Shown: in pieces, positions 6,773 through 14,893 of the stretch
Layout of the letters: every line of letters begins with the position of its first letter
Numbering within the stretch: the first letter of the stretch is position 1
NCBI GenBank assembly: GCA_964247135.1
Contig: CAXTTL010000111.1
Coordinates: 1-15,542, forward strand
Length of the DNA stretch: 15,542 bases
DNA from: an uncultured Deinococcales bacterium
Lineage (GTDB): Bacteria > Deinococcota > Deinococci > Deinococcales > JAAFIG01
Direction: 5' to 3'
Program-made: the position numbers and the translations under genes
The notes under the pieces: model-generated
What the model saw: the letters and a program-made list of their open reading frames with translations, nothing else
Databases searched by the model: none
What the model was told of the DNA's origin: nothing

Positions 6773-8710
6773 TTACGATGGCAACTGGAAGCGCGAGAGT
6801 GACTGAGAAAGTCGCTCGGAAAGTTGCACCAGGGCTTGCGCAGAATCTTTTCCCTGCTTGGATTCTTGTTCTGTTTGGCTTGCGGTGCCTGCCATCGACT
6901 GCACCGCCTTTGCCACGTTGTTGATCTGGTCGAGTTGATTGCGGGTGCTGCTGGCGATGGTCTGGGCGAAATTCGCGCTTTGGGTCGTCAGTGCTGAAAT
7001 CTCTTGTAGACGCTGACCCGCGCCAGTCGCAATTTCATAACCCAACTCCACCTCTTTGGCTCCAGCCTCCACGCCAACCACCGCCGCCTGGGTTTCGGTC
7101 TGAATGGCACGCACCAGACTGGTCACACGGCTGGTGGCGCGTTCTGCCTCTTCGGAGAGTTTACGAACCTCGTCGGCGACCGTCGCAAATCGAGCACCTG
7201 CCTCACCCGCGCTCGAGGCTTCGACGGTGGCGTTCAGTGCCAGCAGGTTTGTTTGCGCGGCGATGCCCGAGATGGTCTCGACAATTTCTGAAATCTCGAG
7301 CGAACGGTTGGCGAGGGATTTCATACCGCGCGAAATGTTTTGCACCTCGCGCCTGATGTTTTGAATACCAACCAAGGTATCCGCCACGGCTTTTTGACCC
7401 GCCTGACCTGCCTGCAATGCCTCTTGCGCCGTCTGCGCGGCGACCTCGGCGGCTTCGGACATTTGACGCATGTTGGTGGTGACCTCTAAGGTTTGAGCCT
7501 GCGCCGAAGTTGAGATTTTGGATTGTTCTTGCGCTTCAAAGGCAATGCCCGTGGACACCTGCGACAGGCTGCTCGCGCCAAGGTTCACTTCAGAACTGAC
7601 ATTTTGCACATCCTTGAGCAAGTACCCAATCTCTTCGGTCATCAGGTTGATCGCGTCAACCACGTTTCCGAGCGCATCTTCGGTGACCCGACCCTTTTTG
7701 GTCAAATCGCCACCCGAAATGTCCATTGCCACCTGCAAGAAGTCAGACACGTTCTCTTGCAACTTCACGCCCTTTTGCAGCTCGAGTTCGCGCTCCACCT
7801 GCAATTCTTGCAATTGACCCAAGGACGTGTTGAATGCCTGAGCCACGTTACCGATTTCGTCCTGACCGACGACATTGACCCGTACACCGAAATTACCACT
7901 GCGCAAGGTGTTGGCGGCATTCTCGAGTTTTGCCAGGCGTTGCCTGGTTGAGGTTGCAATCAGCAATGCCAATATCAGACCAACCATCAAGACAAGTCCA
8001 GTCAGTAACAAATTACTTAAATTGGTTGAATTGTAAGTACGAATGGCATCGTCATTTGAAATACTGGCAAAATCTTTGTTTACATCAATTAATGCTGAAA
8101 ATTGATCGGTAATAGCTGAAAGTTGATTAATTAATTCAGTTTTAAGGATTCGATTCGGTCTGCCAGCATTGACCGAATCGAAATACTTAGAGAGTTTCGT
8201 TAACACATCTGCATAATTCTTGTTGAGTGCCTCAAGTGTTGTAACTTCAGTTTTTTGCTTATCAAGTGCATTTGCTAACGCCAAAGTCGCCGTAAATTGA
8301 GGGCTGGTTGTGGTGACCCACTCTTTGTTGTACCTATCAAGTGCATTTTGCACAACTTTTTGAGCAACGTTGATTTCAGAAATGATTTTTGTTTTTGTCG
8401 ATTGAGAATCAAGAGAAGCTTCTACTGTTTCTAGGTTTCGTTCGGTAATCAAAATGTTTTTCCGAGCATCGGTCAGCGCTATAATAGGAATAAGCATGAA
8501 ATTATAAATATTATCGATTTGATAACGCATGGCTTTGAGACCATTGGAGTTTACAAGCGCAATTACCACAGTGCCAACAAACAAGACCAGAACAATCAGT
8601 GCAATTTTAAACAAAAACGGCAAATTGTCTAAAAGACCAACTCGAGCACCAACAGATTGTGCCACTGGGCGAAGCGCTTTATTTTCATATAATTTAGGGG
8701 TTTGCTGCAT
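6773..8710 (-). CDS. Methyl-accepting chemotaxis protein MCP2 (PilJ-like; four-helix-bundle-type sensor, two HAMPs)
   Basis: TM1 (KIALIVLVLFVGTVVIALV), TM2 (LLLTGLVLMVGLILALLIA), HAMP (GQDEIGNVAQAFN) and signal domain (QTNLLALNATVEA...VADEVRKLSE). Start moved to the ATG at 8710 (GAGGAG SD); 645 aa. Confidence 0.93.
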   Translation of the reverse strand: MQQTPKLYENKALRPVAQSVGARVGLLDNLPFLFKIALIVLVLFVGTVVIALVNSNGLKAMRYQIDNIYNFMLIPIIALTDARKNILITERNLETVEASLDSQSTKTKIISEINVAQKVVQNALDRYNKEWVTTTSPQFTATLALANALDKQKTEVTTLEALNKNYADVLTKLSKYFDSVNAGRPNRILKTELINQLSAITDQFSALIDVNKDFASISNDDAIRTYNSTNLSNLLLTGLVLMVGLILALLIATSTRQRLAKLENAANTLRSGNFGVRVNVVGQDEIGNVAQAFNTSLGQLQELQVERELELQKGVKLQENVSDFLQVAMDISGGDLTKKGRVTEDALGNVVDAINLMTEEIGYLLKDVQNVSSEVNLGASSLSQVSTGIAFEAQEQSKISTSAQAQTLEVTTNMRQMSEAAEVAAQTAQEALQAGQAGQKAVADTLVGIQNIRREVQNISRGMKSLANRSLEISEIVETISGIAAQTNLLALNATVEASSAGEAGARFATVADEVRKLSEEAERATSRVTSLVRAIQTETQAAVVGVEAGAKEVELGYEIATGAGQRLQEISALTTQSANFAQTIASSTRNQLDQINNVAKAVQSMAGTASQTEQESKQGKDSAQALVQLSERLSQSLSRFQLPS

Positions 8711-8742
8711 GTTATCTCCTCGAGAATTCAAAACTTAAACGC

Positions 8743-11028
8743 TCAGTTGGGCAATTGGAAACGTTGCAAAGATTGCGTCAATTGCTCTGAAAGCTTCACC
8801 AAACCCTGCGCCGAAACCTGCCCCTGCTGCGAGTCTGTTGCCGTTTGACTTGCCGTACCCGCAATTTCTTGTACGGCTTGCGCCACATTGTTGATCTGAT
8901 GCACCTGCAAACGCGTGCTGGCGGCAATGTTTTCGGCAAACGCCGCCGATTGGGCGGTCAGCACCGAAATTTCTTGCAGACGCTCACCCGCGCCGGTCGC
9001 AATCCGGTAACCCTCTTCCACCTCTCGGGTTCCGTTCTCGACACCGACCACCGCCGCCTGAACCTCGAGCTGAATGGTTTTGATCAAACCCGTAATTGAG
9101 AGTGTGGCTTTGGCGGCGTTCTCGGCAAGGTTACGAACCTCATCGGCGACAATCGCAAAACGCGCACCGGCATCGCCCGCACCGGACGCCTCGATGGCGG
9201 CGTTCAAAGCGATCAAATTGGTTTGCCTGGTGATCTGGGAGATCGTATCGACAATCTCAGAAATCTCGAGCGAACGGTCCGAGAGCGATTTGATGCCCTT
9301 GGAAATATTCTGCACCTCACGGCGAATACCCTGCATTCCTTCCAGGGTTTGCAACACCGCCTGTTGACCCGCCTGTGAAGCCTCGAGCGCCTGGCTTGCC
9401 GACAACGAGGCTTTTTGGGCATCGTCTGACATCAAACGCATCGAGGTGGTGACTTGGGTGGTTTGTTCTTGGGCTTGACGCGCGATATCGGTTTGGTTCT
9501 GGGCACCAACCACAATGCCTCTGGACACTTGAGTCACGCTGTTTGCACCAAGGTTCACCTTGGTGGTCGCGTCTTGTACGTCTTTGAGAAGATAGCCAAT
9601 CTCTTCGGTCATCAGGTTGATGGCGTCAACCACGTTGCCGAGCACGTCCTCGGTGACCCGACCTTTTTTGGTCAAATCGCCGCCAGAGATGTCCATCGCC
9701 ACGTTCAAAAAATCGCCGATGTTGGATTGCAACTGAATGCTGCGCTGACGTTCCTCTTCTTGACGACCCAAGAAATCCCGAAGTTGCAAGATCGAGTTGT
9801 TAAACGAACCCGCCAGCTTGCCCAACTCGTCTCGAGAGCGCACCGGAATGAGCTGCGACAGATCGCCAGCACCAAATTTTTGCACCACCGCGCCGATGTC
9901 ACCCAACGGCGTGGTGATTGAATTGATCACGATGCCCGTGAAAAGCAGCGCCAGCAGGAAAAGACCGATCAGCAACAGCAAGTTTGCCAAACCCGAGCGC
10001 TGCAAGTTGAGCGTGCGTTGCAAGAGGTTTTTTTGCAGGGTTTGAATGCCAAAATTTGCCATGTTTTCGTAAGCGACAATCGTTTTGGCAAAGGAATCAT
10101 AATATTCTCTGGGCGCCCTGGCAAAACTTAAACTTTCAATCAAATCGAACTGAGCCGCCCGCAAGCCCGAAGTGGAACCCAAATCGAGCGGTTGCAAACG
10201 CGTTTCCAAATCTGGACGCAACGACGGATTTGCCAGAGCAATGTCTTCGATCAAACGAGAAACACTGGCAAAACCTTGTTTTGAACGGTCAAAATAACCT
10301 GCCAAAGTGGTGCGTTGCGTCGGTGTGCCGCCGCGAGCCTGCAACAAATTCGAACCGAACGTTCGCAAGGTACTGAAGGCTTCAATCGATGTCGGGATTT
10401 GATTGATCAACAGGTCTTGGATCAACAACGAATCGAGTTCTGACTCGAGCGTCAAACCCGAAGTACGAGCCAAGCGACTGAAAATGGGCATAAAGCGCGT
10501 TTCGATAAAATCTGTTTGCACCTCGAAGGTTCGCGTCGTTTTCATGGTTGGGATTTCACCCTTAACGGCAACCCAAGCGGACTTTAAATTGTTTAAAAAT
10601 TCTGCCAAGCCAAATTCATCTCGAGCTTGGGTGTTTTTTTCGATCAAATTGTCAATCTCGAGCGAGATTTGATCTGACTTTGGTTGCATGGCAGACAAAT
10701 CTTTGCCCTCGGCAGCCAGCAAACCAGACTCGGCACGGTGCGCAACCAGTAACGCGAACATGTTGGACAAATCCTGAAGCACCACCACGCCTTTGGATTC
10801 TTGGGTCAAAATCCTGGTCGATTCGTTTTGGCGCTGCAAGGTTTGAACCACAAAGAACACCAGTGGCAAAGCCAAGAGCAGCACGATCAATGCCAATTTG
10901 ATTGAAACAGGCAAATTGGCGAAATTGAATTCGCTTCTTGGTGCCTTCAGTTCAATCGTTGCTCGAGTATCGGTGTCGACCAGCGCAGACTTTTCGGCAC
11001 GTGGGCGACGGGGTTTAATTGCGTCCAT
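8743..11028 (-). CDS. Methyl-accepting chemotaxis protein MCP1 (PilJ-like; large helical, possibly NIT-like sensor domain)
   Basis: 761 aa with an AAGGAG SD. Two TM segments flank a roughly 280-aa extracytoplasmic region, followed by HAMP (SRDELGKLAGSFN) and signal domain (QTNLIALNAAIEA...VADEVRNLAE). Confidence 0.94.
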   Translation of the reverse strand: MDAIKPRRPRAEKSALVDTDTRATIELKAPRSEFNFANLPVSIKLALIVLLLALPLVFFVVQTLQRQNESTRILTQESKGVVVLQDLSNMFALLVAHRAESGLLAAEGKDLSAMQPKSDQISLEIDNLIEKNTQARDEFGLAEFLNNLKSAWVAVKGEIPTMKTTRTFEVQTDFIETRFMPIFSRLARTSGLTLESELDSLLIQDLLINQIPTSIEAFSTLRTFGSNLLQARGGTPTQRTTLAGYFDRSKQGFASVSRLIEDIALANPSLRPDLETRLQPLDLGSTSGLRAAQFDLIESLSFARAPREYYDSFAKTIVAYENMANFGIQTLQKNLLQRTLNLQRSGLANLLLLIGLFLLALLFTGIVINSITTPLGDIGAVVQKFGAGDLSQLIPVRSRDELGKLAGSFNNSILQLRDFLGRQEEERQRSIQLQSNIGDFLNVAMDISGGDLTKKGRVTEDVLGNVVDAINLMTEEIGYLLKDVQDATTKVNLGANSVTQVSRGIVVGAQNQTDIARQAQEQTTQVTTSMRLMSDDAQKASLSASQALEASQAGQQAVLQTLEGMQGIRREVQNISKGIKSLSDRSLEISEIVDTISQITRQTNLIALNAAIEASGAGDAGARFAIVADEVRNLAENAAKATLSITGLIKTIQLEVQAAVVGVENGTREVEEGYRIATGAGERLQEISVLTAQSAAFAENIAASTRLQVHQINNVAQAVQEIAGTASQTATDSQQGQVSAQGLVKLSEQLTQSLQRFQLPN

Positions 11029-11049
11029 CAGGAACTCCTTTACAATGGC

Positions 11050-11520
11050 TCAGGCTTGAGCCAACTCGCGTCCATCAATTCGTGCCGCCAACGACCGTAC
11101 CAACTTGGCGACATCCAAAACATTGACAACCTGTCCTGCCACCAACGTCTGCCCCAAAGTTAAAGCCGAAAAACGCGCGTCAAGCACAGGCTCGAGTTGC
11201 GAGGGCACATCATCAAAACCTATCACTGCATCGATCACAAAAGCCATGTGCTTGGATTCAAATTCGATTTGCACCGCAAGTTTTGGCTCAGCGGTGCCCG
11301 TTTTAAGCCCCAAAGTTCGTTCGATTCGCACCAACGGGAAAATTTGTCCGCGCACCGCAAACAAGCCCAGCACATCTTCAGGCGCTCGAGGGACGCGGGT
11401 GATGGTTTGAAGCGTATGAATCTGACGGGTGTACTGACCAGGCACGGCAAACAAAACATCGTTCAGCTCGAACAAACACGCTCGAGCCGAGGCTTTTGGT
11501 TTGCTGGCGGCACTGTTCAT
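11050..11520 (-). CDS. cheW: CheW/PilI-like coupling protein
   Basis: ITRVPRAPEDVLGLFAVRGQIFPLV...AFVIDAVIG is the CheW pattern. Start moved to the ATG at 11520, which overlaps the upstream cheY stop (ATGA, 11517-11520); 156 aa. Confidence 0.92.
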   Translation of the reverse strand: MNSAASKPKASARACLFELNDVLFAVPGQYTRQIHTLQTITRVPRAPEDVLGLFAVRGQIFPLVRIERTLGLKTGTAEPKLAVQIEFESKHMAFVIDAVIGFDDVPSQLEPVLDARFSALTLGQTLVAGQVVNVLDVAKLVRSLAARIDGRELAQA

Positions 11521-11882
11521 TTGCTTGTCAAATTCCTGACCACGCTCAACAAGGCGTCCGTTGTGTAGGGTTTGGTCAGGTAGTCGTTCGCGCCCTGACG
11601 TTTGCCCCATTCGATATCGGTCGGTTCTTGCTTGGAGGACAAAATGCAAACTGGAATGTTTTTGGTGGTTTCGTCGCGCCGCAATTTGCGCAAAATTTCG
11701 TAGCCGTTACGCGTTGGCATGACCACATCCAATAAGATCAAATCTGGTTGCTCAGCACTGGCGAGTGCCTCGACGCCGTCACCATTGACGCAGGAAATAG
11801 ACTGATGCCCACCGGCAACCAAAACGGATTCCACAAGTTTCAACTCTGCCAGCGAATCATCACAAACGATTACTTTAGCCAT
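11517..11882 (-). CDS. pilH: Single-domain response regulator, CheY family, PilH-like
   Basis: MAKVIVCDDS...LILLDVVMP..NGYE...LSSK....DIEWGKRQGANDYLTKP has all receiver catalytic residues. The D..WG.RQGA motif is typical of PilH/PixH. Start at the ATG at 11882 with a GAGGGAG SD; 121 aa. Confidence 0.9.
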   Translation of the reverse strand: MAKVIVCDDSLAELKLVESVLVAGGHQSISCVNGDGVEALASAEQPDLILLDVVMPTRNGYEILRKLRRDETTKNIPVCILSSKQEPTDIEWGKRQGANDYLTKPYTTDALLSVVRNLTSK

Positions 11883-12018
11883 ATTCAAACTCCCTCTTGA
11901 TCGTGGCATCCCGCCACAAGTTGTCTTGAAAAACGTCCTACCACCCTGAACTTAGCACCCCAAAGACAATCGAGACGTGGAAAATGACCAATGAAAAACA
12001 TGATTGGCTCACACTTCC

Positions 12019-12048
12019 AAAATAGCTTCCGTTTCGCCCCTGATGCAA
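12019..12048 (-). promoter_or_regulatory. Candidate sigma70-type promoter of the chemosensory operon
   Basis: Minus strand TTGCAT (12048-12043), 18-nt spacer, TATTTT (12024-12019). The -35 lies inside the operator palindrome. Match to consensus is only partial. Confidence 0.3.
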
Positions 12049-12058
12049 ACGTTTGCAT
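12043..12058. promoter_or_regulatory. LacI/GalR-family-type operator palindrome
   Basis: ATGCAAACGTTTGCAT is a perfect 16-bp palindrome with a central CG and flanking AAA/TTT, as in PurR and CcpA-cre sites. It is intergenic, about 160 bp upstream of the first chemosensory gene. Confidence 0.7.
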
Positions 12059-12140
12059 TTGAAAAGTGAACTCGAGGTCAGACAAAAAGGTCTAACTTTG
12101 AGCATTTAGGTCCATGTTTTCAGTTAAGCTTTCAGGACAG

Positions 12141-12174
12141 CAAAAAGGGTTCGATACGATCACGCATCGAACCC
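12141..12174 (-). terminator. Intrinsic terminator of the fad operon
   Basis: Minus strand GGGTTCGATGCG-TGAT-CGTATCGAACCC-TTTTTG forms a 12-bp stem with one G-U pair and a U tract, 21 nt after the thiolase stop. Confidence 0.85.
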
Positions 12175-12195
12175 AGAAACTTGGGTTTTCAATCT

Positions 12196-13371
12196 TTAGT
12201 TCAGCAATTCAAAAATGCCTGCCGCACCTTGCCCACCGCCGACGCACATCGTCACCATGCCGTAACGCCCACCGCGCCGACGAAGCTCGTGAATCAGGGT
12301 CGCGGTCAGTTTCGCGCCCGTCGCCCCGAGCGGATGCCCAAGCGCGATTGCGCCGCCGTTGACGTTCAATTTCTCAAGCGGAATACCCACCGTGCGAGCC
12401 ACCGCCAAGGCTTGCGCCGCGAATGCCTCGTTCAGTTCAAACAAGTCAATGTCTGAAAGCTCGAGTCCCGCCAGTTTTAAGGCTTTGGGAATCGCTGCCA
12501 CAGGACCAATCCCCATGATCTCAGGGTCAACCCCAACCGCCGCGAACGAAACAAACCGCGCCATCGGTTTTAAACCCAATTCTGCCGCCTTGCTCGCGCT
12601 CATGATGACACTCGCCGCCGCCCCATCCGAGTACGGACTCGAGTTGCCCGCCGTGACGCTGCCACCCTCACGAAACGCGGGACGCAACTTGCCCAAACCC
12701 TCGAGCGAGGTGTCGCGCCGCAAGAGTTCATCGGTGTCAAACTGCACGGTTTCCGAAATTAATTTTGTCCCTTTGAGTTTGTCCACCCGTACAGGCACAC
12801 TGACAATCTCATCCTTAAATTTTCCAGCATCAATCGCCGCCGCCGCTCGAGCGTGAGATTCCACCGCGAACGCATCCTGATCGGCTCGAGACACCCCGTA
12901 CTTGTCCGCGACGTTCTCGGCGGTGTGACCCATGCCGATGTACGCCCCAGGGCGCGAATCCACCAGTTGCGCGTTGGCGCTAAAATGAAAGCCTGACATG
13001 GGAACCATGCTCATGCTTTCCGCACCACCCGCAATCAAAACATCATTCATGCCTGAACGCACCGCCTGCGCCGCCATCGCAATGGTCTGCAAACCCGAGG
13101 CGCAAAAACGATTGATCGTCACACCCGCCACCGAGTCTGGCAACCCAGCCTGCAAACTCGAGAGACGCGCAAAGTTAAGCCCTTGCGAACCTTCGGGCAT
13201 GGCGCAACCCAAGTAGACATCCTCGACCAATGCTGCATCAATTCCAGCTCTCGAGACACTTTCTTTTAAAACCAATGCCGCCAAATCATCGGCTCGAGTG
13301 TTGGTGAGTGTTCCTTTTTGCCCACGACCTACAGGCGTGCGAACGGTGGATACGATTACGGCTTCATTCAT
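12196..13371 (-). CDS. fadA: Acetyl-CoA C-acyltransferase (3-ketoacyl-CoA thiolase)
   Basis: 391 aa with thiolase motifs [15 protein letters not shown] (catalytic Cys), [13 protein letters not shown] and MCVGGGQG. It lies downstream of a fadN-like gene and has an AAGGA SD inside the end of the HNH gene. Confidence 0.95.
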   Translation of the reverse strand: MNEAVIVSTVRTPVGRGQKGTLTNTRADDLAALVLKESVSRAGIDAALVEDVYLGCAMPEGSQGLNFARLSSLQAGLPDSVAGVTINRFCASGLQTIAMAAQAVRSGMNDVLIAGGAESMSMVPMSGFHFSANAQLVDSRPGAYIGMGHTAENVADKYGVSRADQDAFAVESHARAAAAIDAGKFKDEIVSVPVRVDKLKGTKLISETVQFDTDELLRRDTSLEGLGKLRPAFREGGSVTAGNSSPYSDGAAASVIMSASKAAELGLKPMARFVSFAAVGVDPEIMGIGPVAAIPKALKLAGLELSDIDLFELNEAFAAQALAVARTVGIPLEKLNVNGGAIALGHPLGATGAKLTATLIHELRRRGGRYGMVTMCVGGGQGAAGIFELLN

Positions 13372-14383
13372 GGTTAGATTCCTTTTCTGCCAAACTTGAT
13401 GATCTCAATATAGACTCTTGATAAATTTTTTCAATAAGGGGTTCGATTTTTATACGTTCTTTTGATTTTTCTTTGACATTAATTATGTAACTAAAGCTAT
13501 CAGAAAAAGACTTCCCTAGGTTACTATCGGAAATCTTAACCGTAATTGAATAATTTCCAAAAATTCCAACACTACAATCTGTTTTTTCAGTATAATTGAT
13601 TGTAACGTAATGATTAAATTCATCATCCAAAATTGGAAATTTCTCTCTAAGCGAGGTAAGTGGTCCTTCTATGACAATTCCACTATTTTTAAAAGCGTCA
13701 AAATTAATTGAATCAGTAAGAAGCAATTCTCTAATGGATTTTCCAATTGGGTCTTTCAAGTAAATTTCACCGTGTTCAAGACAGGTAATTTCGTAGGCAA
13801 TTTTTAGTAAACCTCGAGTAATCTGTGCCAAATTAAGATCAAACGTAAGTTTCATCCTGCTAATTTTTTTCTTTTCTAAAATTTTTATATTACTTAAATC
13901 TATGATTTTACCTTTCTTTAAGTATCGATCTTGTGTTTTTTTTAACATTTTAGGAAATTTTAATTCATCAGACATATCAATTTCAGCAAATAATTTAAAA
14001 CTTCCATCACTTTTTTCAGTGATTTCCAATCTTGGAACAACATAAAAATTTGATTTTCCATCTTTACTATTTCTACTATGTATTTTTGTATTTGGATCAT
14101 CTGCTGATTCAAGGTTTTCCATCCACTCTGGTAATGAACCGCTTCTCTCCTTTAAACCGAGTCGCCTTCTTTTCATCTTACAAAAAAAGGAGTTAATTAA
14201 AGGTGCATCGACCCTTCTTCCTAAGTGATTGTTACACTTTTCACACATGTTGTAGATTAGTATATTCCCACCTAGAGTTTCTGGGAATATATGCTCTTTA
14301 GATTTTAGAGAGTTTTTAAATTCTCCAAGACATAGAATACAGGTAAACAAATCTTGGTCGAATTTTGTTTCGATTTTTTCCAT
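13364..14383 (-). CDS. HNH endonuclease family protein (HNH_5-like), AT-rich, probably horizontally acquired
   Basis: 339 aa. N-terminal CILC...[12 protein letters not shown]...[12 protein letters not shown] is a zinc-binding HNH motif. DNA is very AT-rich (13861-13920 has 8/60 GC). The stop overlaps the thiolase start by 8 nt. Confidence 0.85.
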   Translation of the reverse strand: MEKIETKFDQDLFTCILCLGEFKNSLKSKEHIFPETLGGNILIYNMCEKCNNHLGRRVDAPLINSFFCKMKRRRLGLKERSGSLPEWMENLESADDPNTKIHSRNSKDGKSNFYVVPRLEITEKSDGSFKLFAEIDMSDELKFPKMLKKTQDRYLKKGKIIDLSNIKILEKKKISRMKLTFDLNLAQITRGLLKIAYEITCLEHGEIYLKDPIGKSIRELLLTDSINFDAFKNSGIVIEGPLTSLREKFPILDDEFNHYVTINYTEKTDCSVGIFGNYSITVKISDSNLGKSFSDSFSYIINVKEKSKERIKIEPLIEKIYQESILRSSSLAEKESNHE

Positions 14384-14392
14384 TACTGCGTC

Positions 14393-14650
14393 CTATCTAT
14401 AAACTTCGCGTCTGTGTCGAATCGCAACAATTTCGATCACTCGAGCTTTGGTGTCTACTTCGTACAAAATGCGGTAATCGCCAACTTTGACCCTGTATTC
14501 GGAACGATCTGTCAACTTAATAAACCCGTGAGGGAATGGATTCTCGAGCAAGGCGTTTATGGCTTCAGTCACTCGCAATTCGATCTGTTCGGGTAAGGCA
14601 AGTAATTCTTTTTCTGCACTGCGTTTGAGTTCAATGCGGTATGAATTCAC
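14393..14650 (-). CDS. relE: Type II toxin, RelE/StbE family mRNA interferase
   Basis: 85 aa: YRIELKRSAEKEL..LP...L.ENP.P.G..KL....YRVKVGDYRILYEV.....IEIVAIRHRREVYR is the RelE pattern. GTG start overlaps the antitoxin stop (GTGA). Confidence 0.9.
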   Translation of the reverse strand: MNSYRIELKRSAEKELLALPEQIELRVTEAINALLENPFPHGFIKLTDRSEYRVKVGDYRILYEVDTKARVIEIVAIRHRREVYR

Positions 14651-14862
14651 GATTCCCCGATTTGATTTTTACGTTCTTGCAATTTGGCTTTCACGCTTTC
14701 CCAAGAAACGGTTTCTTCATTGCGTCGTTCAGCAAAAATAGCCCTGTCTTCGTTGTCTTCTAATGCCTCGAGCAGCGCCTTGTACTCGGCGGCTGGAATG
14801 GTTACTTCAACTTCGTTTCCTGCCTCGTCGTAAGTAATTTTTGGTTTGGTCATTGCTGTCAT
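14647..14862 (-). CDS. Type II antitoxin (small, acidic; cognate of the RelE toxin)
   Basis: 71 aa immediately upstream of and coupled to relE. EYKALLEALEDNED...ETVSWESVK resembles RelB/Phd-type antitoxin C-termini. GAGGTG SD. Confidence 0.8.
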   Translation of the reverse strand: MTAMTKPKITYDEAGNEVEVTIPAAEYKALLEALEDNEDRAIFAERRNEETVSWESVKAKLQERKNQIGES

Positions 14863-14879
14863 GTTTCACCTCTTCCTCG

Positions 14880-14885
14880 AGTGTA
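14880..14885 (-). promoter_or_regulatory. Possible -10 element (TACACT) for the TA cassette
   Basis: TACACT on the minus strand 17 nt before the antitoxin ATG, within the 31-nt gap after fadN. No recognisable -35. Confidence 0.25.
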
Positions 14886-14893
14886 GCCGAAAA

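Noticed and set aside
12075-12112. Three AGGTC pentamers upstream of the operator
   Set aside because: Too short and irregularly spaced (13 and 20 nt) to distinguish from chance.
11883-12140. Riboswitch (e.g. c-di-GMP) or small ORF (11885-12085) in the chemosensory leader
   Set aside because: I could not find the conserved riboswitch motifs by eye, only a 5-bp hairpin (GTGGC/GCCAC, 11903-11917). The 66-aa ORF has no recognisable features and overlaps the operator. An Infernal/Rfam scan would settle it.
13364-14893. Insertion sequence, integron cassette or prophage remnant explaining the TA-HNH insert
   Set aside because: No transposase or integrase, terminal repeats, target duplication or attC-like palindrome could be seen at either junction.
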